From Candidatus Poseidoniaceae archaeon (GTDB taxonomy: Archaea; Thermoplasmatota; Poseidoniia; Poseidoniales; Poseidoniaceae): a stretch of DNA of 64,000 bases. The notes under the pieces were generated by a model. That model saw only the letters and a program-made list of their open reading frames with translations. It was not told the DNA's origin and searched no databases. The position numbers were made by a program, and so were the translations under genes. Position 1 is the first letter of the stretch. Each line of letters begins with the position of its first letter. The stretch spans positions 306 to 64,305 of the forward strand of contig CALKDX010000028.1 in the NCBI GenBank assembly GCA_938084455.1, read 5' to 3'. Shown here piece after piece: positions 18,516-27,593 of the stretch.

Positions 18516-19751
18516 TTGATGAAAGAGAACAGTTTCTTCTCAGATAAGGGGAACCTCATGTCCGACCTTATTATGCAACAAATCGAAACCAGAATGGCCC
18601 AGAAGGGAATCGATCTCAATCTTCTAAGCGATCAAGAATTATCCTTAGTTGCAGAGCGATTTTTGGGCGATGCACCGCCCGGTCACCTTCCACGAGAAAC
18701 CGTGATTTCAACCCTCCAAAGCCAAGAACCAATTCAGCAATGGGCTATGGGCATCAAGTCGAGGGTAGCCGCTGCCGCTGCTGAAAAAATGACCGACACC
18801 ACTCGAACGGCTGTAACTCAAGCAAGGTCAGCATACGAGGCTCGCCGAGACAAAGACCCTCGATTGGCCATGATTGCCGACAAATTTGGCGAATGGCTCA
18901 ATGAATCAAATTACAACTCTGCAGAATTGACCGCAATGGCTGATGCAAATCAAGATGGCATCATCAGCAATGACGAAATTCTCAACCTGATACGCACCAT
19001 GTCAAATGCCGAACCCCCATCTTGGGTGGTCGACCTTGTTGTGCAGCACATTGATGCTGACGGCAACGGATCAATCACGCTTCCAGAATGGTGGGCCTTC
19101 CTCGAGTCGATTGGTTTTGAGGGTGCCAGCCCAGTCTTGGACCCCATCGTCCCAGAACCAACCGCTGCGCCAACTCCGAAACCAATCGCTGCGCCAACTC
19201 CGGAACCAATTATTGCGCCAACTCCTGCACCCGAACAAGATGCCCTTGCTGGCATAGCTTCGACGACCGCAGCCCCAGCAGCGGTTGCGGTCGCAGCAAC
19301 TGCAGCAGCAGTTGCCCCCCAAGCAGTTGCAAAGCCTACGCCTGAACCAGTTGCACAACCAACCCCCGTCGTAGAGGCCGTTCCTGCTGCTCCCGCATCA
19401 AGCGTCGACCCAATGAGTCACGAAGGCATCATTGAGGCACTCTCTGGAGCAAGACTGTTGTCTGAATTCAACTCTATTGTTGCCCAATCAACCTCGCAAA
19501 CATGCACGGTCAAAGTTCAGAGTACTGAGCGATCGCTCATGGCAAGCGGAGAATACCGCGGTGGTCAAACCATCACGGGTGCCCTCAACGGAAGCGATCA
19601 TGTTGTGGCCATTCGATTCCCAGTGGCCGAAACTGAATTCATTGAAGGACTCAAAACTGGCCAAATTGTAACCTCAGAGGCAGTCATTTACCGATGGTCC
19701 GGCGCACTTAAGCAGGCCAACCTAGAAGCCACTGGCGCTCGAATTGCTTGA
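18516..19751 (+). CDS. cytoplasmic EF-hand calcium-binding protein with a Pro/Ala/Thr-rich tandem-repeat linker and a C-terminal unknown domain
   Basis: Two canonical 12-residue EF loops, 'DANQDGIISNDE' and 'DADGNGSITLPE' (DxDxDG/NG...E). Linker 'PTAAPTPKPIAAPTPEPIIAPTPAPE'. No signal peptide. Starts 16 nt after the nucleotidyltransferase gene. Confidence 0.6.
   Translation: MMKENSFFSDKGNLMSDLIMQQIETRMAQKGIDLNLLSDQELSLVAERFLGDAPPGHLPRETVISTLQSQEPIQQWAMGIKSRVAAAAAEKMTDTTRTAVTQARSAYEARRDKDPRLAMIADKFGEWLNESNYNSAELTAMADANQDGIISNDEILNLIRTMSNAEPPSWVVDLVVQHIDADGNGSITLPEWWAFLESIGFEGASPVLDPIVPEPTAAPTPKPIAAPTPEPIIAPTPAPEQDALAGIASTTAAPAAVAVAATAAAVAPQAVAKPTPEPVAQPTPVVEAVPAAPASSVDPMSHEGIIEALSGARLLSEFNSIVAQSTSQTCTVKVQSTERSLMASGEYRGGQTITGALNGSDHVVAIRFPVAETEFIEGLKTGQIVTSEAVIYRWSGALKQANLEATGARIA
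19143..19235 (+). repeat. in-frame ~27-nt tandem repeat (about 3.4 copies) encoding P-[TI]-AAPTP-[KE]
   Basis: 'caaccgctgcgccaactccgaaac' / 'caatcgctgcgccaactccggaac' / 'caattattgcgccaactcctgcac' are seen directly. Confidence 0.5.
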
Positions 19752-20933
19752 TCACTTCAAGGCACGTGCAATCACAATGCGTTGGACTTCTTGAGTTCCT
19801 TCGTAAATTTGAGTGATCTTGGCGTCCCTGAAGAACCGCTCAACCGGGAATTCCTTGGTGTAGCCGTAGCCGCCGAGGACTTGGATTGCTCGTTCAGTCA
19901 CCCACATTGCGGTGTCGCCAGCAAAGAGTTTCGCCATACTGGCTTCTTTGGAGTGTCGGGGGCCACCGTGTTCGTAATGCTGTTGCTTGACCCATGACGC
20001 TTGGTAAATGAGCAAACGTGATGCCTCAATTTTTGTTGCCATGTCGGCAAGGTAAGCCATAATCATTTGATGGTGAGCGATTGGTTTTCCGAAGGCTTCT
20101 CGCTCGTGAGCGTACTTCAACGCAGCCTCGTATGCACCCTGAGCGATGCCTAGAGCCTGGGCGGCAATACCAATTCGACTGTTGTCGAGGGCGTTCATGG
20201 CGATTGGGAACCCTTTACCAACGCCTTTCAGGACGTTCTTGACTGGGACCTTGCAGTTGTTGAGGACAAGCGTGCAGGTGTCCGATGAGCGGATACCAAG
20301 TTTGTCTTCCTTCTTTCCAACGGAGAATCCTTCGAAGCTTGAGTCGACGATAAATGCCGTCGAGCCACCGTGCTTCTTGACGCCGTAATCAGGATGATCG
20401 ACATCTTTTGCAAAGAGAACAATGATTTTTGCTTGGGCACCGTTGGTGACCCACATCTTCTCACCATTGAGGATGAAATGTTCACCATCGTCTGAGAGTT
20501 TTGCTTTACAGGTCATTGCTGCTGCATCAGTACCAGCTCCCGCCTCAGAAAGTGAGTATGCCCCTACATCACCTGCTGCGAGCCGGGTGAGGTACTCTTG
20601 CTTTTGTTCTTCATTCCCATGTAGGGCAATTGTTTTCGAGCAAAGACCAACATGAACACAGTACATGACGGCAAAAGAAGGATCCACACGAGCGAGTTCT
20701 TCGACGATGATTGACTCAGAAATGTCATCGACAGGTGAACCGCCGTATGCTTCTGGAATCGTCACGCCTTGCAGGCCGTATTCTAGGAATTCTTCCCATT
20801 CCTTGCTTGGGGGGATTTGTTGTTGGTCGCGATGCTCTACGGTTTGCGAAAGAACGCTCTCTGCGAAGTCTCGAACCATCTCTCGAATCATTTGCTGTTC
20901 TTCGGTTTCTCCGTAGTTCATGTTCGTCCCCAT
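19752..20933 (-). CDS. acyl-CoA dehydrogenase
   Basis: 393 aa. 'YEGTQEVQRIVIARAL' is the ACAD C-terminal signature. The usual N-terminal alpha-helical, middle beta and C-terminal alpha-helical ACAD domain order is present (...GYGYTKEFPVERFFRDAKITQIYEG). Confidence 0.8.
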   Translation of the reverse strand: MGTNMNYGETEEQQMIREMVRDFAESVLSQTVEHRDQQQIPPSKEWEEFLEYGLQGVTIPEAYGGSPVDDISESIIVEELARVDPSFAVMYCVHVGLCSKTIALHGNEEQKQEYLTRLAAGDVGAYSLSEAGAGTDAAAMTCKAKLSDDGEHFILNGEKMWVTNGAQAKIIVLFAKDVDHPDYGVKKHGGSTAFIVDSSFEGFSVGKKEDKLGIRSSDTCTLVLNNCKVPVKNVLKGVGKGFPIAMNALDNSRIGIAAQALGIAQGAYEAALKYAHEREAFGKPIAHHQMIMAYLADMATKIEASRLLIYQASWVKQQHYEHGGPRHSKEASMAKLFAGDTAMWVTERAIQVLGGYGYTKEFPVERFFRDAKITQIYEGTQEVQRIVIARALK

Positions 20934-21043
20934 GGTGCGGAAAACGCCAACTCACTTAACCCGTTTGACGAAATTCGACGGCGTGCTTATTTGCCTCAAA
21001 TTGATATACAATGGTGATTGGGGCGTTTTGTGGGAGTGCCCCT

Positions 21044-21445
21044 ATGGATGAAGAAGTTGTAGAATTCAGCGTTGCGCACAACAGGAAATATTCGAGAGAC
21101 CACCTTTGGTATCAAGAAAAAGACGACCGTTTGATGATTGGAGTCAGCGAATTCCTCGCTGTCGAAATCGGCGAAGTCCTTCGGGTGATTTTGCCTCAAG
21201 CGGAGAATGAAATCGATGAAGGGCGAGACATGTTCTCCATTTGGACCGCTGATGAAAAGGTCGCTTTCCCATCAATGTTTTCTGGAATCATTGCCGAAGT
21301 GAACGGCGAAGTTGAGATCAACCCCGACCTCGTCAATGACTCAGCCTACGACCATGGATGGATCATCATCATCGAACCTCACGAACTCGACCTCGAGAAC
21401 CTTCTGGAACCCGACGAGTACGTCGAGTTCATCGCCGAACTTTGA
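21044..21445 (+). CDS. glycine-cleavage H-protein-like lipoyl-carrier protein (orphan GcvH homolog)
   Basis: 'KYSRDHLWYQEKDDRLMIGVSEFLAVEIGEV' matches the GcvH N-terminus (kYt.dHeWv...g..vGit.yAq..lG.v). 'WTADEKVAFPSMFSGIIAEVN' aligns with the lipoyl-lysine region (ESVKAAS..sPvsG.vvevN). 'YDHGWIIIIE' fits the GWl.k motif. Confidence 0.5.
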   Translation: MDEEVVEFSVAHNRKYSRDHLWYQEKDDRLMIGVSEFLAVEIGEVLRVILPQAENEIDEGRDMFSIWTADEKVAFPSMFSGIIAEVNGEVEINPDLVNDSAYDHGWIIIIEPHELDLENLLEPDEYVEFIAEL

Positions 21446-21481
21446 GCAAAGGTCTTACCCCGCCACGCGGGCCAATTCAGC

Positions 21482-22057
21482 ATGAGCAATGCCTTGCAGC
21501 GACTCCGAGCCAGCCTCGCTGATGCACCAGTGATTTGGAAAGGAGATTATCCTTACTTCATCCACCCCATTACCGATGGCGTCCCAAGGCTCGACCCGGA
21601 AGTCCTTGCTGCCGTAACTGAATTGTGCCAACAGGCCATTGAGTGGTCAACCATCGATTTGATCCTCGGCATCGAAGCGATGGGGTTGCCGTTGACAGCA
21701 CCCCTAAGCATCCGCACAGGCATCCCTCTTGTCGTTGGCCGCAAGCGTTCCTATGGTCTGGAAGGTGAAGTTGTCATCGACCAAGCCACAGGGTATTCGA
21801 AGCAACCCATGTACCTCAACGACATCGCCCCCGGTGAACGCATTGCCATCGTTGACGATGTCCTTTCGACTGGAGGCACACTGAGGGCAGTGATTGAAGG
21901 CGTAAAGGCCACAGGGGCAACCATTGCGCATATTCTTGTTGTGGTCGAAAAAGGCCCGGGATTGAAGCAACTTCAAGCTGATTACCCTGGCATCACAATC
22001 CAATCATTGGTGCGCTTGGAAATGAACGGCGCTGATGTGGTTCTCTTGGACGATTGA
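21482..22057 (+). CDS. type I phosphoribosyltransferase (archaeal purine/HGPRT-like)
   Basis: 'ERIAIVDDVLSTGGTLRAV' is the PRPP-binding PRTase motif. 191 aa. Confidence 0.55.
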   Translation: MSNALQRLRASLADAPVIWKGDYPYFIHPITDGVPRLDPEVLAAVTELCQQAIEWSTIDLILGIEAMGLPLTAPLSIRTGIPLVVGRKRSYGLEGEVVIDQATGYSKQPMYLNDIAPGERIAIVDDVLSTGGTLRAVIEGVKATGATIAHILVVVEKGPGLKQLQADYPGITIQSLVRLEMNGADVVLLDD

Positions 22058-22118
22058 TGCCGATTTGTCAAAGGGTGGATTGATGAGGGGGTGGCGAGCC
22101 CCTGCAACAGGGACGACT

Positions 22119-23228
22119 ATGGATTTGGACCGCCACGATTTCCAGCTTGACAAATTGATGGAACGCATTCAAGCGAATGACAATCGCTTGATTGCGCTTC
22201 AGATCCCAGAGGGTTTGAAGATGCAAGCCCTCGAAATGATGGACACCATCGAAACCGAAACAAGCGCAAAGGTGGTCCTTGCTGCTGACCCTTGTTATGG
22301 TGCATGCGATCTTGTCCATGATAAAATGAAACTCATGGGCGTGGAATTGGTCGCTCACATGGGGCATTCCCAGATGAACATCGATTCAGGCATGCCAACT
22401 CAGTTCATCGACGTCACCTACGATGGAGACCCAGAACTCACGCCTGTGTTGCCGTTTTTGGACACACATCGCGCCATGGCAAAGCAACGCATGGCAGACC
22501 AAGGCACAACCGAAGGCATGACAGAAGAGGAAGCACAAGACAGATTCCTCGACGCAGTGGGCCGTATGGCGCCACTCACCGGAACCAAACTCGGCCTCGT
22601 AGGCTCGATTCAGCACCTTCACCTGCTACCAGAGTTCCACGACCGATTGGAAAAGGCTGGTTACGACGTGACCATCCCTATTGGTGGCGCTCGACTTTCG
22701 TTCCCAGGCCAGGTGCTTGGCTGCAATTACTCAGGTGATGACGACTCCATTGGCCACTATCTGTTCCTCGGCTCGGGGGATTTCCACCCGATTGGACTTG
22801 TCCTCCACACTGGCAAACCATTGGCCATGCTCGACCCTTACACTGGAGACGCTGAAGAAATGTCCCTTGAGCGAATCGAGCGGATCCTTCGCCAGCGCTC
22901 CGGGTTAATCATGGCATGCGGTGACGCAGAACGCTTTGGAATTTTGATTGGCGAGAAGCCTGGACAGATGCGCCGAACCCTCGCCTTGCGAATGAAGCGC
23001 ATGCTCGAAAAGCATGGCAAGAAAGGATACTTACTGGCCCTAGAGCACATCGGTCCTGATTTGATTGACTTCTACCCTGTTGACGCATTTGTCAACACAG
23101 CATGCCCGCGCATCGCCATCGATGATGCTGTCCGGTACAGCAAACCCCTCATCACACCTTTTGAACTCGAAGTGGCTCTTGGTGAGAAGAAATGGGAAAC
23201 AGGATATCAGTTTGATGAAATCCCCTGA
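22119..23228 (+). CDS. dph2: 2-(3-amino-3-carboxypropyl)histidine synthase (diphthamide biosynthesis Dph2)
   Basis: 'LIALQIPEGLKMQALEMMDTI...VVLAADPCYGACDLVHDKMKLMGVELVAHMGHSQM' matches the Dph2 signature (vlLQfPeGL ... tyGaCdi ... vHyGHs). Start chosen at the internal ATG at 22119; the ORF-track start at 22035 overlaps the upstream gene. Confidence 0.55.
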   Translation: MDLDRHDFQLDKLMERIQANDNRLIALQIPEGLKMQALEMMDTIETETSAKVVLAADPCYGACDLVHDKMKLMGVELVAHMGHSQMNIDSGMPTQFIDVTYDGDPELTPVLPFLDTHRAMAKQRMADQGTTEGMTEEEAQDRFLDAVGRMAPLTGTKLGLVGSIQHLHLLPEFHDRLEKAGYDVTIPIGGARLSFPGQVLGCNYSGDDDSIGHYLFLGSGDFHPIGLVLHTGKPLAMLDPYTGDAEEMSLERIERILRQRSGLIMACGDAERFGILIGEKPGQMRRTLALRMKRMLEKHGKKGYLLALEHIGPDLIDFYPVDAFVNTACPRIAIDDAVRYSKPLITPFELEVALGEKKWETGYQFDEIP

Positions 23229-23281
23229 CCACAGACCTTGCACAATCCGAAACAGGCTTTCTTTGGCCCGAAGGAAACCGT

Positions 23282-24517
23282 ATGTTCAAGAACGGTTGGC
23301 GTAAGCCTTCTGTTGTTATGACAAGTTACCTCGACCGAATTGGGGCAGGCGCTGTGCTTGCCAATCCGGAAGTCTTGGACTTCGATTGGACTCCGCCAGA
23401 ACTTGTGGGGCGTGAGCTGGTTCAACGCGAGTTGGCTGCTAAATTCTCGACACTCAATCACCCAGAGGGGGCAGGTCGGGCGGTGATCACTGGCCCGGTA
23501 GGAAGTGGAAAAACCGTGCTGGCAGACACGTTCTGCAGGGACATTCAACGACATCTTGCTGGAAAAAGGAATGTGCGCCATGTCAAAGTCAACTGCCGCA
23601 ACGCCTCCACGAGCATGCGGGTCGTTCAACGAATCCTCCACTTGCTCGACCCCGGGCATCCGGACAGAGGCTTGTCCATGGGCGAATTGCTCTTGAGCCT
23701 GAGGCGGTTATTGCGCAGAGAATCTTCTCACCTGATCGTTGTCCTTGATGAGGTGGACCACATGTTGCGACGAAGTGGAGACGATCTGCTTTACCAACTG
23801 CTTCGAATTGATGAAGACCAAGAAGGAAAGGGCACCATGTCATTGATTCTCATCAGCCAAGAGCAAGTCCTTGACATGCTTGAAACAGCTGTCATTTCTC
23901 GTATGGGTGCAACAAACCACATTCGAATCCAACCCTATACCGTTGAGGGGCTCGAAGCCATCGCTCTTCAAAGAGCACAACTTGGCCTTGTCCACGGAAC
24001 ATGGACACCAGAGATCATTCGACTTATTGCAGAGAAAGCAGCCCCGAGTGGAGATGCGAGAAAGGCCATTGAGTTGCTCAATGCTGCTGTAGAACGGTGT
24101 GAATTCCGCCAGGATGGACATAATGAGCCTCACCTCATCATCGAGGACATTCACGAGCCAGCAAATTCCTCAGCGGTGATTTCAGGAAGCAATCTCGAAG
24201 TCATTGACGATTTACCAAGTCACGCCATGTTGGTGCTGCTGGCGATGTGCCGGCGTCTTACCAACCAAGAGTCGATGACCACCGGTGATGTTGAACAATT
24301 GTATGCGGTAGTGTCAGAGGAATACGATGTCAAGATGAAGAGCCATACAACCGTTTGGAAATACCTCAAAGAGTTCGAAACAAGGCAACTGACCGTCTCC
24401 CGAGTGGCCACAATTGGCGGAGGACGAGGACGTACAACTCACTTGAGCATGCCACATTTCCTTCCAAAGGACCTCTCAAGCCGGCTCGAAATGTTGCTGA
24501 AAAAGCGATTCCGCTGA
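23282..24517 (+). CDS. orc1: Orc1/Cdc6 replication initiator
   Basis: 411 aa. Walker A 'ITGPVGSGKTVLADTF', Walker B 'LIVVLDEVDHM', and a C-terminal winged helix ('VVSEEYDVKMKSHTTVWKYLKEFETRQL'). Confidence 0.8.
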   Translation: MFKNGWRKPSVVMTSYLDRIGAGAVLANPEVLDFDWTPPELVGRELVQRELAAKFSTLNHPEGAGRAVITGPVGSGKTVLADTFCRDIQRHLAGKRNVRHVKVNCRNASTSMRVVQRILHLLDPGHPDRGLSMGELLLSLRRLLRRESSHLIVVLDEVDHMLRRSGDDLLYQLLRIDEDQEGKGTMSLILISQEQVLDMLETAVISRMGATNHIRIQPYTVEGLEAIALQRAQLGLVHGTWTPEIIRLIAEKAAPSGDARKAIELLNAAVERCEFRQDGHNEPHLIIEDIHEPANSSAVISGSNLEVIDDLPSHAMLVLLAMCRRLTNQESMTTGDVEQLYAVVSEEYDVKMKSHTTVWKYLKEFETRQLTVSRVATIGGGRGRTTHLSMPHFLPKDLSSRLEMLLKKRFR

Positions 24518-24593
24518 CCAAAAACTCGTTTCGTTTCATACGGTGGGGCTAAATACGGGTCGATGGTCGGAAGGTCGTTCTAGAGGTGTAAAT

Positions 24594-25085
24594 ATGGCTG
24601 TTGGACAACAAGGAGAATTCGTCGCCGTCGTCAATGATACGGACCCTGCCAGCGGTGGCAAGGCCTACTCACTGAAAATCAGTGGAAACAACCACGCCCA
24701 ACTCTTGGGTAAGAAAATCGGCGACACCGTTGACGGTATCTTCGTCGGAGAAGGCGAGCAAACCCTCTCTGGATACAAACTACAAATCACTGGTGGATCC
24801 GACAAAACAGGAACACCCCTCCGAAGAGACCTCGATGGCGGCTCCCGCCAAGCGGTTCTTGTGACCCAATCAACCGGTTTCAAGGGCCACAAACTCGTCT
24901 TCAAGACCAAGGGCGGCGAAAAGAAGCGATTCCGATACAAGCCTGACGGTCTGCGCAAGCGCCGAAACTTCCGCGGTAACACCATCAACCAAGACACCCG
25001 TCAAATCAACCTCAAGGTCATCGACTCAGGAAACAAATCCTTGGCCGACATTCTCGCACCAGGTAGCGAAGAAGCATCGGATTGA
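24594..25085 (+). CDS. rps6e: 30S ribosomal protein S6e
   Basis: 'GEFVAVVNDTDPASGGKAYSLKISGNNHAQLLGKKIGDTVDG...ITGGSDKTGTPLRRDLDGGSRQAVLV' is the S6e family pattern. Start is the internal ATG. Confidence 0.8.
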   Translation: MAVGQQGEFVAVVNDTDPASGGKAYSLKISGNNHAQLLGKKIGDTVDGIFVGEGEQTLSGYKLQITGGSDKTGTPLRRDLDGGSRQAVLVTQSTGFKGHKLVFKTKGGEKKRFRYKPDGLRKRRNFRGNTINQDTRQINLKVIDSGNKSLADILAPGSEEASD

Positions 25086-25124
25086 AACCCGAGAGGGCGT
25101 TCGAGATAATGGAGTGGTGGAAGC

Positions 25125-26363
25125 ATGGCACGAGCGCTTCCGGCACAACCTCAAGTCAACATTGGCCTTGTCGGTCACGTTGACCACGGTAAAACCACTT
25201 TGACGCAGGCATTGTCCGGTGTTTGGACCGATACTCACTCTGAAGAACGCAAGCGTGGAATCTCGATTAAACTCGGCTACGCCGACACTGCGTTCTACAA
25301 AACCAAGGATGGGCAATTCTACCCAACTGGACGCCGCCCTGATGGTAAAGAAGATGTCAAAGAAGAACTCCAGCGTGTGGTTTCCTTCGTCGATGCCCCA
25401 GGTCACGAAACGCTGATGGCAATCATGATCACTGGTGCATCCATTATGGACGGCGCCATGCTCATGGTGGCTGCAAACGAAACCTGCCCTCAACCCCAAA
25501 CACGAGAACACCTGATGGCTTTGGAAATTGCTGGCATTGAAAACATCGTGATTGTGCAGAATAAGATTGACCTGGTGACCCGTGAACGAGCGCTCGAATC
25601 ACACAAGGAAATCTCAGAGTTCCTAAAGGGCACCATTGCTGAAAGCGCACCCATCATACCAGTTTCTGCTCACCACGATGTCAACCTCGACATCCTCATC
25701 GACGCCATTGAGCAAACCATTCCAACTCCCGATCGTTCCACCGATAAACGCTCAATCATGCATGTTGCTCGCTCATTCGATATCAATCGACCAGGGACCC
25801 GACCAACCAAACTTCGTGGAGGCGTGATTGGTGGCAGCATCGTCGAAGGCACGTTCGAGTTGGGGGATGAAATCATCATCGGGCCAGGTCGAAAAATCGA
25901 GCAGGGCAACAAAACCCGTTGGGAACCGATTGAGGCAACCGTTAGCAGCATGCAGGGAGGAGGACTCAGCCTTGACGCAATGCACGCTGGCGGGTTGTGT
26001 GGAATGGCTACGATGCTTGATCCTTCAATCACAACCTCTGACAATCTATCCGGACAGGTTGTCGCCCGTAAGGGCGACCTCCCGGAAGTGCGGTCCTCAG
26101 TGAACATCGAAGTTAAACTCATGGAAACAATGGTGGCTGGAGAAGGTGAAGCTCCCGAAAAAATTCATCCTCTTCGTAACAATGAGATGTTGATGATCAA
26201 TGTGGCAACTGCAACCTCAGTCGGCGTTACACGAAGCGCAGAAAAAGGAAGAGCCACGCTTGAACTTCGTCTGCCGATATGCGCAGACCCCGGCCAACGC
26301 GTCTCCCTTTCTCGACGAGTCGGCACACGATGGCGTTTGATTGGGTACGGTACGATTGAGTGA
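25125..26363 (+). CDS. eif2g: translation initiation factor aIF2 gamma subunit
   Basis: 'VNIGLVGHVDHGKTTLTQALSGVWTDTHSEERKRGISIKLGYA' and 'VVSFVDAPGHETLMA...QNKIDLV' are GTPase G1-G4 motifs. A zinc-knuckle-less gamma subunit of 412 aa. Confidence 0.85.
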   Translation: MARALPAQPQVNIGLVGHVDHGKTTLTQALSGVWTDTHSEERKRGISIKLGYADTAFYKTKDGQFYPTGRRPDGKEDVKEELQRVVSFVDAPGHETLMAIMITGASIMDGAMLMVAANETCPQPQTREHLMALEIAGIENIVIVQNKIDLVTRERALESHKEISEFLKGTIAESAPIIPVSAHHDVNLDILIDAIEQTIPTPDRSTDKRSIMHVARSFDINRPGTRPTKLRGGVIGGSIVEGTFELGDEIIIGPGRKIEQGNKTRWEPIEATVSSMQGGGLSLDAMHAGGLCGMATMLDPSITTSDNLSGQVVARKGDLPEVRSSVNIEVKLMETMVAGEGEAPEKIHPLRNNEMLMINVATATSVGVTRSAEKGRATLELRLPICADPGQRVSLSRRVGTRWRLIGYGTIE

Positions 26364-26400
26364 TCGACATCACGCCTCGTGATTGCATGGAGGTTTCAAA

Positions 26401-26784
26401 ATGCAAAACCTCCTCATCGATGCTTGTGGATGGGCCGCTGTCATTGATTCTGGAATGAATTTTGACATCGAACTTGGGAAAGTCCTCGGAAAACCGGACA
26501 TCCTCTTGCTGCCAAAGGTCCTCGAAGAATTGGAGACCTTGGACTCACAACGCCCGAGAGCAAAGAAACTCCTCCTTGGGATGTTGAAGGGCAAAGCAAC
26601 CCAAATCGATGAACATGAAGATTCAGGCGCACATACCGATGATCAAATTCTTGACCTCGCCTGTGCCAACGGATGGGTTGTGCTGACGGTCGACGTTCAA
26701 TTGAAGCGAAGGTTGTTTGAAGCTGGAAGACCGGTCTTAGAAGTTACTAAAGGGAAACGACTTCATCTCCTAGAAGGTCTATAG
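26401..26784 (+). CDS. PIN-domain protein in the conserved archaeal position downstream of aIF2-gamma
   Basis: 'MQNLLIDACGWAAVIDS' carries the first PIN acidic residue. 'VLTVDVQLKRRL' carries the last conserved Asp. 128 aa. Confidence 0.5.
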   Translation: MQNLLIDACGWAAVIDSGMNFDIELGKVLGKPDILLLPKVLEELETLDSQRPRAKKLLLGMLKGKATQIDEHEDSGAHTDDQILDLACANGWVVLTVDVQLKRRLFEAGRPVLEVTKGKRLHLLEGL

Positions 26785-26852
26785 AACGACCCTAATGTGT
26801 CGAAAATTTACTTTCGAAAAAATGAGCATGATAGGGCCATGCCGGTAGTTAG

Positions 26853-27293
26853 TTGATATATGATAAAATGCAACTATGCCTTATGAGTGAATCCGAAAGC
26901 GTCGATGGGAGCCGAACATCAGCCCAAATCAACTCGGTAAAGAGCCAAGCGTTCGCACTCACTGATGCCCTGATCGACCTTGGAGTCTCAGTAGGAGTTG
27001 TCCGAGTCATGATCTGCCTTTATTTGAATGGAGAAACAACAAGCAAGAATCTGCAAGCCAGTTGTGAATTGCGTCAGCCCGAAATAAGCACGGCCATCAA
27101 GCAATTGACTGATCTTTCACTTGTCACGACTCGACGTTCGGGGTCCGAAGGACGAGGACGCCCATCTCACCTCTACAACCTATGCATGCCAATCAACAGC
27201 TGCGTGGAGATTCTGTTGTCAGATGTCGAAGAGAGAATACAGGCTATGAAAAATGGTGTCCTCAAGGTCGAACGACTGACCCAAGGGCTTTGA
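26853..27293 (+). CDS. winged-helix transcriptional regulator (TrmB/MarR-like)
   Basis: 'ETTSKNLQASCELRQPEISTAIKQLTDLSLVTTRRSGSEGRGRPSHLYNL' is the HTH plus wing 'RGRP..Y' typical of TrmB-like regulators. An AT-rich promoter-like region (ttgatatatgataaaatg) lies upstream. Confidence 0.4.
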   Translation: MIYDKMQLCLMSESESVDGSRTSAQINSVKSQAFALTDALIDLGVSVGVVRVMICLYLNGETTSKNLQASCELRQPEISTAIKQLTDLSLVTTRRSGSEGRGRPSHLYNLCMPINSCVEILLSDVEERIQAMKNGVLKVERLTQGL

Positions 27294-27593
27294 TCAGGGC
27301 AGCGTAAACAGGACATCGTCCCCGTGCCCGTCAAGCAATCCAAGTTTGACACCTGCATCAATCCAGGCATGTGCGTAGTTGATTGCACCAAAAGCACGCA
27401 CATGATCTCCAATGTTGAGGAAATGCTGAGCGTCTGATGCATAATCATCGGCCATGCGAAGCATGATCGATAATTGCGAGGACTCCGGGGAGCCATCAGC
27501 ATGAATTGGAGTTGCTTTTTCACGGGCCCTTCGGGTGATATCGAGGTACTTCTCGACCCGTCCAACTGAAACGTGTTCTAGGTCTTCAGTCAC
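27294..27593 (-). CDS. DUF357-family archaeal protein
   Basis: 'FGAINYAHAWIDAGVKLGLLDG' matches the DUF357 YaHaWlDaGvrlGl signature. 99 aa. Start overlaps the stop of the upstream gene. Confidence 0.45.
   Translation of the reverse strand: MTEDLEHVSVGRVEKYLDITRRAREKATPIHADGSPESSQLSIMLRMADDYASDAQHFLNIGDHVRAFGAINYAHAWIDAGVKLGLLDGHGDDVLFTLP

Noticed and set aside
23229-23281. Possible replication origin immediately upstream of orc1
   Set aside because: Only 53 bp, not AT-rich, and no inverted ORB-like repeats are visible.
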